Sequence record: MN850578.1
DNA: 64,000 nucleotides
Source: Escherichia phage nomo
Reading direction: 5' to 3' (one strand)
This document shows, one piece after another, positions 39,308-48,427 of this stretch (position 1 is the stretch's first letter; each line of letters opens with the position of its first letter). The notes beneath the pieces are model-generated. The model saw nothing but the letters and a program-made list of their open reading frames with translations. It had not been told where the DNA came from and did no database searches. The position numbers and the translations under genes were made by a program.

Positions 39308-39733
39308 ATGATCTATGAAATGCCAAAACTGATTCGTGACGATGCCCAAAACGCTCACACCATTATTATGGGCAAACGCATGGATATTATTTGTCATAAA
39401 GATTTCTGGGAAGGAAGTTACTTCACAGAGTATTTTGGTAAACTGGACAATGGTCTGCTGATCCAGTTCTACACCGATGCGGAAAACAACATTCCCTGGG
39501 AGTTCGAAACTGAAGATGTCCATAAACTTTTCACCTTCCTCGGTATTAAGGTTAAGGCCAAGTTTGAAGAAGGTGAGTGCGACGATTGTGGATTTTATGA
39601 GGTAACAGATTTCTACCTTCCTAGCGGTAAGAACCTTTACTATGAAAGCCACTTCGGTAACTCCAATATGCCACAGTGCTGGACTGAGTTTTTTGAAATT
39701 GCGGAAGAGGAGCTGGCTTACCGTGATTATTGA
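39308..39733 (+). CDS. hypothetical protein
   Basis: RBS caggaga. Confidence 0.5.
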   Translation: MIYEMPKLIRDDAQNAHTIIMGKRMDIICHKDFWEGSYFTEYFGKLDNGLLIQFYTDAENNIPWEFETEDVHKLFTFLGIKVKAKFEEGECDDCGFYEVTDFYLPSGKNLYYESHFGNSNMPQCWTEFFEIAEEELAYRDY

Positions 39734-40181
39734 TACTGTAGAGGGGGATTTAATCTCCCTTTTTAAGAGCGGTGCTGGTCACCTGATCCACGGTTGTAAC
39801 TGCTTCCACACAATGGGCAAGGGTATAGCAAAACAGATTGCCCGTGAGTTTCCTCAAGCACTGTCAGCCGACAAAGAGACTAGATACGGTTGCCTAAGTA
39901 AACTGGGTGCGTTCTCCCGATGGGAGCACTTATCTCCGATAGGTATTGTCTACGGAATCAATCTATATACCCAGTTCTACCCAGGACCTAATGCTGAGTA
40001 TTTCTCAATCCTGAAAGGCTTTGAGCTAGTCAATGAAGTATTCAGCGGATCGACTTTACCATTCTACATCCCTAAGATCGGGTGCGGCATAGGCGGTTTG
40101 AAGTGGGAACACGTAGAGGACGTTATTAACCTTGCCACTTTCGACATAGATATTGTCGTGGTGGAGTACAAAAAGTGTTGA
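39723..40181 (+). CDS. macrodomain protein (TARG1/OARD1-like, putative ADP-ribose hydrolase)
   Basis: EGDLISLF..AGHLIHGCNCFHTMGKGIAKQIAREFP matches the GDL...H.(S/N)..C.MG.GIA..F core of TARG1-type macrodomains; start uncertain (GTG 39723 or ATG 39642). Confidence 0.5.
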   Translation: MIIDTVEGDLISLFKSGAGHLIHGCNCFHTMGKGIAKQIAREFPQALSADKETRYGCLSKLGAFSRWEHLSPIGIVYGINLYTQFYPGPNAEYFSILKGFELVNEVFSGSTLPFYIPKIGCGIGGLKWEHVEDVINLATFDIDIVVVEYKKC

Positions 40182-40235
40182 CGACCATCTTCTGAGGTGA
40201 TATAGTTTCCACGACAACTAAGAGAGGAGAGCACT

Positions 40236-40406
40236 GTGGAGACTAAAATCTTAATTCTTGCTGTGGTAGATACAACCGAAGGAGCTATATTCGAATCTGC
40301 AGGAGGGTATTTCTACCTACCATACGGAAAAAGAACTTCCGAGCCAAGTAAAGATTCAATCATCAAAGTGTTCCCGTGTGCTTTCTGGCTGGAGATTTTG
40401 GTATAA
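40236..40406 (+). CDS. possible small protein (56 aa)
   Basis: GTG start after agaggagag; below track length threshold. Confidence 0.3.
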   Translation: METKILILAVVDTTEGAIFESAGGYFYLPYGKRTSEPSKDSIIKVFPCAFWLEILV

Positions 40407-40432
40407 GATTGCAGAGGATTTGGGAGAGAATT

Positions 40433-40627
40433 ATGAGAAACAAGAAAGAACTTTACTCCGGTGAGTGGATCAACGATCAACAGGTGGGAGAGGTAACCTG
40501 CTTCCGATGTTTTACCAGGTACAATCTTAAAACTGCACCAAAAAGTGTTCCAAAGACTGACGGTTACTACATAAAAGAACCTCATTGCCCAAAATGTAAA
40601 TGCCGATTGTACTGGAGCAATCTGTAA
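40433..40627 (+). CDS. small zinc-ribbon protein
   Basis: ATG after gggagag; CFRC...CPKCKC cysteine pairs. Confidence 0.45.
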   Translation: MRNKKELYSGEWINDQQVGEVTCFRCFTRYNLKTAPKSVPKTDGYYIKEPHCPKCKCRLYWSNL

Positions 40628-40631
40628 GAGG

Positions 40632-40659
40632 TTGACATCTGAAAACTGCAGTGTATAAT
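40632..40659 (+). promoter_or_regulatory. sigma70-like promoter
   Basis: TTGACA, 16-bp spacer, TATAAT. Confidence 0.6.
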
Positions 40660-40690
40660 ATACGCATAAACTAACAGAGGGTGATGTATT

Positions 40691-40882
40691 ATGGTAATTT
40701 TTAACCGGGATGGTATCATAGTTAGACAGCACCCGTTCCTTGAATACTATCAAATTGAGCAATGGTGCTACGGGGATTGCAGTCACTCCTATGGGCAAAG
40801 TTGGGGATATCGTACAGTTTTTGAATCCACAGACCTTGACAAAGTAAAACAGAAAGTTTTAGAACTTCTTAACAACAAGTGA
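40691..40882 (+). CDS. hypothetical protein
   Basis: RBS agagggtg. Confidence 0.45.
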   Translation: MVIFNRDGIIVRQHPFLEYYQIEQWCYGDCSHSYGQSWGYRTVFESTDLDKVKQKVLELLNNK

Positions 40883-40892
40883 GTATCGTGCC

Positions 40893-41225
40893 ATGGTAAC
40901 ATTGGAAAGACGTAAAGCTATTGCCGCCACACTGGCAGACATCTTTTGGGATTGTAATTTAAAATCTACCCGAAATTGTGGTGCATCTGTAGATGTATTA
41001 TTCCCACGGCCTACTATTGTTGCAATGGGCAACCTGCTCGATGTGGTATATGGAGCATGGGACAAGGAAGGTGGATTCTATATCTGGCAACCTGACTACG
41101 GGACTTGGAAAGAGGTTAGTGGTTCTTCGGACTTCACTCCTGCAGTGGCTAAAATGGATGGCTGGAAAATCTATGTCGGTAACGACATGGAACTGAAAGG
41201 CGAAATTGTTTACTGGTTACCTTAA
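40893..41225 (+). CDS. hypothetical protein
   Basis: ORF with weak RBS. Confidence 0.4.
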   Translation: MVTLERRKAIAATLADIFWDCNLKSTRNCGASVDVLFPRPTIVAMGNLLDVVYGAWDKEGGFYIWQPDYGTWKEVSGSSDFTPAVAKMDGWKIYVGNDMELKGEIVYWLP

Positions 41226-41246
41226 GAAAGTCCAGGAGATAAAGTT

Positions 41247-41492
41247 ATGAACAAAGGGTGGACATTTGTAGACGGCGTTAAAAACATGCCTCTAGGAAAG
41301 TATATTGTAGCCATGGCAGATGAGAATGGCAAGGTTGATTTCGGAGTTTGCGAGGTTGTTCTTGCAGGATCTGGTGACTATGCTCACAAAACTGGGATAA
41401 TTAACGGTCATTTCTACTTTGATTACAACCCTGTTGTGGCGTATATGGCTATGCCAGAGTTCGAGCTCCCAAAGGAAGGTGCAGATGTTTAA
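41247..41492 (+). CDS. hypothetical protein
   Basis: RBS caggaga. Confidence 0.5.
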   Translation: MNKGWTFVDGVKNMPLGKYIVAMADENGKVDFGVCEVVLAGSGDYAHKTGIINGHFYFDYNPVVAYMAMPEFELPKEGADV

Positions 41493-41682
41493 GCTTAAAT
41501 CTGCATGGAACATCGCTGTGGGGGACGAGATCCGTATCCCAGGTGGAAAGACCATTATGAAAATATCTCGTATCGAGTACGAAGGTGATCGTGTATTTCA
41601 TATCTTTGCAGAAGATGGTCGAGAAATTTATATACAGGCAGGCTCTCACATCTATATTCGTAAGAAAGGGGAGGACAAATGA
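41485..41682 (+). CDS. hypothetical protein
   Basis: Start moved to ATG after aaggaagg. Confidence 0.45.
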   Translation: MFKLKSAWNIAVGDEIRIPGGKTIMKISRIEYEGDRVFHIFAEDGREIYIQAGSHIYIRKKGEDK

Positions 41683-42008
41683 CAGAGATCATCATTTCAA
41701 CTGCAGGGTATGTATTCCTGACAATCATTGCGCTGGCTATTCTGGTGGCGGTGTATGGATTTGTTATCCTTCCTATCCTTGAGACATTTAGTTTGTGTCG
41801 GTGTTGGAGAAAAGCTTACGGTCCACAACCATGGAAGGACTGGCCCCACCTGGTGCGCTTAGCGTTCTCTTATGCTTACGATCACTCCAGTAGTGCATGC
41901 ATAACCGGATACCACGCCAACAACTGGAGCTGGGAAGGGTTGAGGAAATGGAATGTTACAAAGACCATACCTCTGCGCATGTACAAACCTAAAAACAAAG
42001 ACAACTGA
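41679..42008 (+). CDS. hypothetical membrane protein
   Basis: ATGA overlap; N-terminal hydrophobic helix IISTAGYVFLTIIALAILVAVYGFVILPIL. Confidence 0.5.
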   Translation: MTEIIISTAGYVFLTIIALAILVAVYGFVILPILETFSLCRCWRKAYGPQPWKDWPHLVRLAFSYAYDHSSSACITGYHANNWSWEGLRKWNVTKTIPLRMYKPKNKDN

Positions 42009-42039
42009 TACTTGAAAATTCCTGGCATATCAAGTATAA

Positions 42040-42540
42040 GGGGGATTTCTAAAATGGATTTCCTCCTTTTGATATTTCACCGGGCTGGATATTTTAAAAT
42101 TCTTAGAAAATCAGAAAATGGATCGAAAACTAAAATGGATTTTTCAGAGTAGGCGCGACAAGCTGAATAACTCATCCTATCGTTTGCACCATATTCCAGG
42201 CCACCATTATAGATTTCCCACACATGCTAACCTCCCTCTACTAGAACTTCCTCCACTTACCCTTGACCTTCTATGGTAACAATCTAACCGCTATCTTGAA
42301 GTTGCGGTGCAGCTTTCCAGGTACTCGATCTACTTTTCATTTCAGGGCTTGGATTTTCTGAAAATTTTTCTCGATAAATTTCTCAGTACTCGATCTGTTT
42401 TTCGTCTTCTGAATCGGATTTTCTGGAAATCGTTCCGGCTCTCAACCTGAAATTTTTGGGGACGAAATCGATTTTTCGTTTTCAGAAATGGATTTTTAAA
42501 ATTTCTATATGGGAATATTTTAGTGGATACTATTTTATAG
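42040..42540. repeat. iteron-like direct-repeat region (non-coding)
   Basis: At least six copies of aaatggattt / cggattttctgg and two copies of caggtactcgatct / cagtactcgatct; no credible ORF. Confidence 0.6.
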
Positions 42541-42643
42541 TAAATTGTTACGGAGGGTAATTAGCGTGCTAATTAAATTTATTAAATGCGAGGAGTTCTC
42601 ATTTAGAATCTTGAATGATAATCATTCTCGTTTGCAGAATAAC

Positions 42644-42677
42644 GGGCAGGCCCGGTGATTGTCTCCCGGCCCCTGTT
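42644..42677 (+). repeat. conserved motif, copy A
   Basis: gggcaggcccggtgattgtctccc..cctgtt; degenerate copy at 42789-42806; inverted copy at 52271-52299. Confidence 0.6.
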
Positions 42678-43023
42678 GCCCCGGCTTGTTATTATAGTAT
42701 CACACAGGACAAAGAAAGCAAGGATTTTTTTTTGCATAAATTTTTAAATGATAATGATAACCGTTCTCATTTTATGCAGCGCTCATCCCTGGTGGTTGTC
42801 TCCCCCGTCACCGGTGCCTGCCGTCCTTTCGATAGGTATATTGTGCCACCTGTCGGGGCCGCTGTCAACACTTTTCAAAAAATTTTTCTAACCTGATGCG
42901 CTAACCGCTGCAACCTGGCGGGGCCAGCCTGGCAGGACCTAACTGACCAGGTGGGAGAGGGTGAAATCTTGCAAACCTGGTAGGCCCATGCTGTAGGGTA
43001 AACAATTGAAGAGGAGGTACAAA

Positions 43024-43161
43024 AATGAAAGGTAATGCTACTCACCTGGGAAATGTAGTGATTAATGATACAGAAGCGCGGGAACATAAAGAAGAGTACG
43101 AAAAAATGGTGGTTAACCTGGCGGGGGGCGGCAGGTGGATTCTATCATAAAAATAATTTAA
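43024..43161 (+). CDS. possible small protein (45 aa)
   Basis: Perfect AGGAGG 7 nt before ATG; below track threshold. Confidence 0.35.
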
Positions 43162-43169
43162 AATAATCG

Positions 43170-43198
43170 TTGACAACAAGGTTAATCATGGTATTATT
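43170..43198 (+). promoter_or_regulatory. sigma70-like promoter
   Basis: TTGACA, 17 bp, ATTATT. Confidence 0.5.
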
Positions 43199-43247
43199 AC
43201 CCTACAAGGTGAACAACACCGCACTAACCAGTAAAGAGGATAAATTT

Positions 43248-43445
43248 ATGAACGCATACGGGATCAAAGTACGTCGCAACACTCGCCAGGTGGTCACCGA
43301 TCAAATGGTTTGCCAGGTGGACGTAACCATCAACAACGGGCAAGGCCTTTATAAATTCCGTCGCGGTCAGAGCTATACCCGGCAACAGCTTAATCGTTGC
43401 GCCCTGACAAAAGGACAGATCAACCACTGGTTTAATAAAAAATAA
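43248..43445 (+). CDS. hypothetical basic protein
   Basis: ATG after aaagagga; track TTG start at 43170 is the promoter -35. Confidence 0.5.
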   Translation: MNAYGIKVRRNTRQVVTDQMVCQVDVTINNGQGLYKFRRGQSYTRQQLNRCALTKGQINHWFNKK

Positions 43446-43448
43446 GTA

Positions 43449-43477
43449 TTGACATATAGTCCGACACCAAATACACT
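43449..43477 (+). promoter_or_regulatory. sigma70-like promoter
   Basis: TTGACA, 17 bp, TACACT. Confidence 0.5.
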
Positions 43478-43509
43478 AAAAGCACAAAAGACACTAAGAG
43501 GATAAAATC

Positions 43510-43908
43510 ATGAAAACCACTACCTTTAATTTTGATAATGCGGACTTTTCTTTTTCTGATGTCAAGAACTACCGCCGTGATCGTGGATTTTACAAGGCTT
43601 ATAATCTGGTGGGCCTGGACGATGACAATAATTTGCACGAAGTAGCTGAGATCCGGTATTATGCCGCCGCCAGCGGGAACACTCACTACTGCGTGTTTTG
43701 GATTCACGACAACAAGAACAATAAGTACGGTTATACTGGCGGCAAGGCGAGCGGTCACGGTTACGATAAAGCTAACGCAGCACTTGAGAGCGCATTAAAT
43801 GCTATGGGGATCACTGCCGACGGCTGGATCTACGAAGAAGAGTTTTTGTCGGCACTTGCTGACCACCTGGGCTATAAAAAACACATTGTAACATGCGCCC
43901 ACGAATAA
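43510..43908 (+). CDS. hypothetical protein
   Basis: RBS aagagga. Confidence 0.55.
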   Translation: MKTTTFNFDNADFSFSDVKNYRRDRGFYKAYNLVGLDDDNNLHEVAEIRYYAAASGNTHYCVFWIHDNKNNKYGYTGGKASGHGYDKANAALESALNAMGITADGWIYEEEFLSALADHLGYKKHIVTCAHE

Positions 43909-43914
43909 AAATCA

Positions 43915-43942
43915 TTGACACGCTGCAAAATTTAAGTAAACT
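43915..43942 (+). promoter_or_regulatory. sigma70-like promoter
   Basis: TTGACA, 16 bp, TAAACT; followed by hairpin ggcgggaatgtttcccgcc (43953-43971). Confidence 0.45.
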
Positions 43943-43990
43943 AGACACAAAAGGCGGGAATGTTTCCCGCCAGCACAAAGGAAAAAGATC

Positions 43991-44386
43991 ATGAATAAGA
44001 ACGTACGCCGCATCATGAACGAACTGGCAAACGATGAAAAAATTATTGATATGCATTTGGTCAACATTTGCCGCCGTTGTGTAACATATAACAACCGCGC
44101 CGCAAAAGCGTGTGAGATGAACGCAAAAGGCACCTTAAAGCCCTTTCAGGTGGTTGTAAAATCTATAACTAGCGCAGCAGGCCAGGCGCAGGACCACAAC
44201 AACGAGAGCGCTAATATTGATCCGTCTTACGTAATGAAACGGATCCGGACTTGCAAGAATAAAGAGCAGGTATATAACGTCATAGATTGGCTGGACTCCC
44301 TGGGCGATGTGGTTTACAATAGGTTTTCTGCAGCTATCGAGATCCAGCTTGACAGATTGGACGGGAAAGTACTAAAAACTTATTGA
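43991..44386 (+). CDS. hypothetical protein
   Basis: ATG after aaaggaaaaag. Confidence 0.55.
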   Translation: MNKNVRRIMNELANDEKIIDMHLVNICRRCVTYNNRAAKACEMNAKGTLKPFQVVVKSITSAAGQAQDHNNESANIDPSYVMKRIRTCKNKEQVYNVIDWLDSLGDVVYNRFSAAIEIQLDRLDGKVLKTY

Positions 44387-44387
44387 G

Positions 44388-44434
44388 TTTATTTTTAGAT
44401 GGCCTTGACACCAGGGCCATCAATAAAGTAAACT
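44388..44434 (+). promoter_or_regulatory. repeated promoter/operator cassette, copy 1
   Basis: tttatttttagATGGCCttgacaccagGGCCATcaataaagtaaac; -35 TTGACA inside 6-bp inverted repeat; near-identical at 45010 and 48745. Confidence 0.55.
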
Positions 44435-44465
44435 AACCACAGTTGAGCGGAAAAGGAGGCTTAAA

Positions 44466-44585
44466 GATGAGCACTACACGCCAGCACACAAAGGTAACCA
44501 TCATCGTTTGCATCATTGGGTACATCCTGGCGCAAATGTTGATGGGTAGCGCCAACGGTGTCGCAAAATTTTTCTTAAACTTTTA
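44466..44585 (+). CDS. small hydrophobic peptide (39 aa)
   Basis: RBS aaaaggagg; MSTTRQHTKVTIIVCIIGYILAQMLMGSANGVAKFFLNF; single predicted TM helix. Confidence 0.4.
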
Positions 44586-44586
44586 A

Positions 44587-44614
44587 TTGACAAGCTAACT
44601 TAAATCGATATAAT
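44587..44614 (+). promoter_or_regulatory. sigma70-like promoter
   Basis: TTGACA, 16 bp, TATAAT. Confidence 0.6.
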
Positions 44615-44665
44615 AAGCACATAAACGGGAAAACTTCCCAGAACACACAAAAGGAGAAAAACACC

Positions 44666-45007
44666 ATGACTACTATGACCGCCTCAGAAAAAGCTATGCA
44701 GATCGCTGAACTGAAAAAACAGATCGCAGACCTTGAGAATAAGATCGATAACTTTGAAATCGACGAGGACAAGTACGACGAAAACTATGATGAATGGTTA
44801 GACGAGATCTACGGAGAAATTATGATCGGAAACATTTCTTTTCTTCCGTCGCGTATCCTCAAGGAGCTAGATCCTATCGCTTACCGCTGCGGATTTAGCG
44901 ACTACATCGACAGCCTGGATATTGAGGACGATGAAGAATACCAGGAATTACAGACAGAGTTAGAAGAAGCAAAAGAAGAGCTTGCGGAGCTGGAAGAAAA
45001 CGAGTAA
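44666..45007 (+). CDS. hypothetical acidic coiled-coil protein
   Basis: RBS aaaggag; 113 aa, Glu/Asp-rich. Confidence 0.55.
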   Translation: MTTMTASEKAMQIAELKKQIADLENKIDNFEIDEDKYDENYDEWLDEIYGEIMIGNISFLPSRILKELDPIAYRCGFSDYIDSLDIEDDEEYQELQTELEEAKEELAELEENE

Positions 45008-45009
45008 GC

Positions 45010-45054
45010 TTATTTTTAGATGGCCTTGACACCAGGGCCATCAATAAAGTAAAC
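45010..45054 (+). promoter_or_regulatory. repeated promoter/operator cassette, copy 2
   Basis: Identical core to copy 1. Confidence 0.55.
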
Positions 45055-45096
45055 TTTATACTGTTAACACTGAACTAATGCATAGGAGTTAAAACC

Positions 45097-45342
45097 ATGG
45101 CAGCACTAATCACCAAATATTATGCCCCTACCAACACCAAAAGCGCCCGTATCATGGTAAAAGGCTTCGGACGTAAAAAGGTGTACACCTGGGATTATGC
45201 CTTAGACACGGAAGACAACTACACCAACGCAATGACCGATTTTATTAATGAACTAAATAAGCAGATCTTGACAAGTTATAAAGTGACTGATATTGCTTAT
45301 ATAGGTGAAGGCGGGATCTGTTTTGTAGGCATTGTGAAATAG
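45097..45342 (+). CDS. hypothetical protein
   Basis: RBS aggag. Confidence 0.55.
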   Translation: MAALITKYYAPTNTKSARIMVKGFGRKKVYTWDYALDTEDNYTNAMTDFINELNKQILTSYKVTDIAYIGEGGICFVGIVK

Positions 45343-45416
45343 TTATTTTTTCGGTGGTCCTGGCTGCAGGGCCATCTATAAAGATAATTTATCAACACCA
45401 TGAAAGGAGAAAGTAC

Positions 45417-45770
45417 ATGATCAGCGGGGCTAGTTTTATTATTGGCGCTATTGCTACGGCTTTAATTGTAAACAAGATCCAATCTAAAAACGAAAAAGAT
45501 AGCAACGCGCTCACAGAATACCCATTTTGGGTATTCAACGACAACGAAGACTACATAATCAAGTACAAAGATGAGAGAGGCGACCAGGTAACACCGCGAC
45601 CGATCCCAGCTTACAAGATGCAGGAAACACTATACCGCCTAAAGGCCGGAGGCGCAAAGATCGTAGACTTTTGGGGATATGATTGCAAGGATCAGGAGGT
45701 CATAAAACGTCGTATCCGGGCGATTCAGGCAAATATTGAAATTAGTAAAGGGGAAATTTATGAAAATTAA
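45417..45770 (+). CDS. hypothetical membrane-anchored protein
   Basis: ATG after aaaggaga; N-terminal helix ISGASFIIGAIATALIV; preceded by a diverged cassette copy at about 45345-45395. Confidence 0.5.
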   Translation: MISGASFIIGAIATALIVNKIQSKNEKDSNALTEYPFWVFNDNEDYIIKYKDERGDQVTPRPIPAYKMQETLYRLKAGGAKIVDFWGYDCKDQEVIKRRIRAIQANIEISKGEIYEN

Positions 45771-45957
45771 TTTCGAAAAAATTGTAAAGCGCCCCCACGA
45801 TTCCGAAGAGCTGCCGGAACGCCGCCAGCGTAACAATAAACTGAATAAACCGAAAAGGTTCGGGAAGATCTGGAGGAATCACTATGATCGCAAATTACCG
45901 GGCCTGCTTTTGGAACGTGAACGACAGGCGGAACGATACCGCCACAAAGGCAAATAA
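45760..45957 (+). CDS. hypothetical basic protein
   Basis: ATG after aagggg, overlapping upstream stop; Arg/Lys-rich. Confidence 0.4.
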   Translation: MKINFEKIVKRPHDSEELPERRQRNNKLNKPKRFGKIWRNHYDRKLPGLLLERERQAERYRHKGK

Positions 45958-45965
45958 CAACCAAC

Positions 45966-45991
45966 GCCCCGCCATTGTGCGGGGCTTTTTA
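45966..45991 (+). terminator. rho-independent terminator
   Basis: gccccgc-cattgt-gcggggc then tttttattt. Confidence 0.7.
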
Positions 45992-46127
45992 TTTCTATCC
46001 TACGAATAGCGCCCCTGGTTGGCACCACAAACGCCACAAAAGCCCCTACCTATGCAATCCCCTTTCTTAGCCTGAAAACATCACCCAGGACCGTTTTATG
46101 GTGTTAAAAATATCTTTTATTTAAAGC

Positions 46128-46156
46128 TTGACACCTTGGAATCGCCTGGATATACT
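46128..46156 (+). promoter_or_regulatory. sigma70-like promoter
   Basis: TTGACA, 17 bp, TATACT. Confidence 0.6.
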
Positions 46157-46191
46157 AACCACATCAAAGCAAGAAGAAAGGAGTAAACGCC

Positions 46192-46452
46192 ATGCGTAAA
46201 TTAAAAAATTTTGATAAAGTCGATGTTGTCCTGAATAATTTTTACTACTGCAATAATAAGGCCGTTTGGTGGCGTGATAGTTCCACCGATAAAGTTAAAG
46301 CGCGCTTTCTCCAGGGGCACTGGCAAGGCCGCCCAGTGATTAAGATCCGGGGGCAATTGGTAGCGTTTAAAAATTGCCGCCGTGTTGATGACGTTGAAGA
46401 GATTCTAAACATTTTACGCCACAATAATTTAAAAAATAGTGTTGACAAGTAA
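46192..46452 (+). CDS. hypothetical protein
   Basis: RBS aaaggag. Confidence 0.55.
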   Translation: MRKLKNFDKVDVVLNNFYYCNNKAVWWRDSSTDKVKARFLQGHWQGRPVIKIRGQLVAFKNCRRVDDVEEILNILRHNNLKNSVDK

Positions 46453-46469
46453 GCCTCAATAAGTATACT
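46442..46469 (+). promoter_or_regulatory. sigma70-like promoter
   Basis: TTGACA, 16 bp, TATACT; followed by hairpin ggcgggaaaacttcccgcc (46480-46498). Confidence 0.55.
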
Positions 46470-46526
46470 TAAACACACAGGCGGGAAAACTTCCCGCCAC
46501 TAACAAAGAAAATAGGAGAAAATATC

Positions 46527-47150
46527 ATGACCACCGTTAACATTACCGCAGGTTACAATTTATCTTTCGACGTGCTGACCGACGAACAAAAAGAAAAAGC
46601 CGTTGAAATGGTCCGCGAAAGAGAAGAACACAGCGGGGATAACTTTTTTGCAGAAAGTGTAATTGAATACTATAAAGAATATGTTTTTCCAGAGTATGGC
46701 CTTGAAGATACCGAAGTACATTGGTCAGGCTTTTGGTGCCAGGGTGACGGCGCGTCAATCAGTGCTGAAAACGTGGATTTAGAAAAATTTTTGCGTAAAG
46801 TAAAGGCCCTGACCAAGTTCCGATCAATTCGTCACTTGTTCGGCACAATGCACGATGGCGAGTTATCAGCCAGTGTTGAGCGTGATCCATATAGCCGCTA
46901 TAGTCACGAAAACACTGTAAGCGGATACATTGATACCACCTGGCTAGATCTGACCGCCAAACAAGAAAACAAAGTGGAAGACTTGGAAGAGCTGATCACC
47001 GAGACGGTACGGGAGCTATCCCGCAAGGTTTACGTAGACCTGGAGGAGGCCTATCTTGAACAGTTTACTACCGAAAACCTGATCGGCCTTATTGAGGCCA
47101 ATGATTGGCGGTTTGATGTGGATGAATATGGCGAGATGACTTTTTCATAA
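46527..47150 (+). CDS. hypothetical protein
   Basis: RBS ataggaga; 207 aa. Confidence 0.55.
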   Translation: MTTVNITAGYNLSFDVLTDEQKEKAVEMVREREEHSGDNFFAESVIEYYKEYVFPEYGLEDTEVHWSGFWCQGDGASISAENVDLEKFLRKVKALTKFRSIRHLFGTMHDGELSASVERDPYSRYSHENTVSGYIDTTWLDLTAKQENKVEDLEELITETVRELSRKVYVDLEEAYLEQFTTENLIGLIEANDWRFDVDEYGEMTFS

Positions 47151-47158
47151 ATAAAGTG

Positions 47159-47186
47159 TTGCAATAACCTAAAAACCTGCTATATT
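47159..47186 (+). promoter_or_regulatory. sigma70-like promoter
   Basis: TTGCAA, 16 bp, TATATT; followed by hairpin ggggcaagacgtttgcccc. Confidence 0.5.
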
Positions 47187-47239
47187 AAAACTCAAGGGGG
47201 CAAGACGTTTGCCCCACACAAAACAAAGAGGAAAACATT

Positions 47240-47620
47240 ATGAAAAACACTACCAAGGCTATTGACACCGTTATGTTTAACCTGGTTACATTCCGTGAAG
47301 ATATGAAAGATCTTCCACGTGAAACAGTGTGCGATCACATTGAAAACTATCGCAAACTAATCAAAGAGTTGCCCCTAAAACGTGACCAGTATGCGGCTAA
47401 CGCTATGCTCAACGCCATGATCAAAAAGATGATCCAGTGTGATTTAACCCTGGCCTATGACTATGCGGGTGGTCGTTTTGCAGTATACAATCAGCCCGTG
47501 CCCGGTATGGGCACCACCGAAGAATTGCACGCGCTCAATCTAAAACAAGACGTATGGGATAACATGCCCCGCGTGGTGGTGTGGGCAGAAAGCGGAAAGA
47601 TTTACGGCGATAATTTTTAA
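47240..47620 (+). CDS. hypothetical protein
   Basis: RBS aaagagga. Confidence 0.55.
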   Translation: MKNTTKAIDTVMFNLVTFREDMKDLPRETVCDHIENYRKLIKELPLKRDQYAANAMLNAMIKKMIQCDLTLAYDYAGGRFAVYNQPVPGMGTTEELHALNLKQDVWDNMPRVVVWAESGKIYGDNF

Positions 47621-47630
47621 TCAGGTAACA

Positions 47631-47656
47631 GGCGGCATATTTGCCGCCTTATTGTT
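47631..47656 (+). terminator. rho-independent terminator
   Basis: ggcggc-atattt-gccgcc then ttattgtt. Confidence 0.6.
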
Positions 47657-47684
47657 AAACAGAACTGCAAAAGAGGTACATAGA

Positions 47685-48056
47685 ATGGAATTTATTATTT
47701 TGGCTGTAGTAGTTGCCTTGTTCAACGCCTGGATCGCTGGCAAGATGGGTAGATCCGCCTTTTTATGGTTTATTATATCTATTTTCCTGGGGGTGGTTGC
47801 AACTATTGTACTTGTTATCCTTGCAATTGTTGACAAGGGGAATAATAGAAAGGGTAAAGTATTTTCAGACCTGTACGACGCTCAAACGTTTGTCAACGCC
47901 TATTATAGTGATCTTCCAGTCTCCCTACGCTGCAGCCTGGCACAACAAGTTTTCGATGAGGCTAAAACCAGAGATCAAGCCCATGAGATATGTTTAACTG
48001 AGGCGGATCGCCTATTTGAGAGGAATAGAAAATATGTGGGCCAACCGTTTAAATAA
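47685..48056 (+). CDS. hypothetical membrane protein
   Basis: ATG after aaagaggt; two hydrophobic helices at N-terminus. Confidence 0.5.
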   Translation: MEFIILAVVVALFNAWIAGKMGRSAFLWFIISIFLGVVATIVLVILAIVDKGNNRKGKVFSDLYDAQTFVNAYYSDLPVSLRCSLAQQVFDEAKTRDQAHEICLTEADRLFERNRKYVGQPFK

Positions 48057-48275
48057 TGCCACGTTAATTAATCCCTTTAGTGAAGATTTGAAGCCAGCCG
48101 CCTGGCGTGATGGATTCAATAACGAACGCTTTATTTTCAAGCCTGATCTTGAGGAATTTTATAACAATGGATCGAACAACGACAGAGATAATTTTTCTTG
48201 TGGTGTGCGTAGTGATGGTACTCCTGGGGGCCATTGTAAACCACGTCGCTACTAACAGGGGGAAAGGGGGAGACG

Positions 48276-48395
48276 ATGACACCCAAGGATAAGCCCCGCA
48301 CCGATAAGGCGCGCCGTGTTATGGTATGGCTTGAGATCATCGCCCTTGAAATATTGTTAGGGGTAGGGATGTACTTTATCGCTGTAAGTAACTAA
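48276..48395 (+). CDS. small hydrophobic peptide (39 aa)
   Basis: ATG after gggggaga; MTPKDKPRTDKARRVMVWLEIIALEILLGVGMYFIAVSN; region 48016-48292 also holds overlapping alternative frames, unresolved. Confidence 0.35.
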   Translation: MTPKDKPRTDKARRVMVWLEIIALEILLGVGMYFIAVSN

Positions 48396-48399
48396 GAAC

Positions 48400-48427
48400 G
48401 GCCCCCCGATCATGGGGGCCTATCTTT
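48400..48427 (+). terminator. putative terminator followed by A14 tract
   Basis: ggccccc-cgatcat-gggggcc then tatcttt and 14 consecutive A (48428-48441). Confidence 0.4.

Noticed and set aside
40313-40798. 161-aa minus-strand ORF overlapping several plus-strand genes and a promoter
   Set aside because: Conflicts with well-supported plus-strand genes and has no translation signal.
42615-42896. ORF 42615-42896 and minus ORF 52093-52353 sharing the peptide GRPGDCLP
   Set aside because: The shared peptide comes from a conserved nucleotide motif read in a fortuitous frame; no RBS and no coding context.
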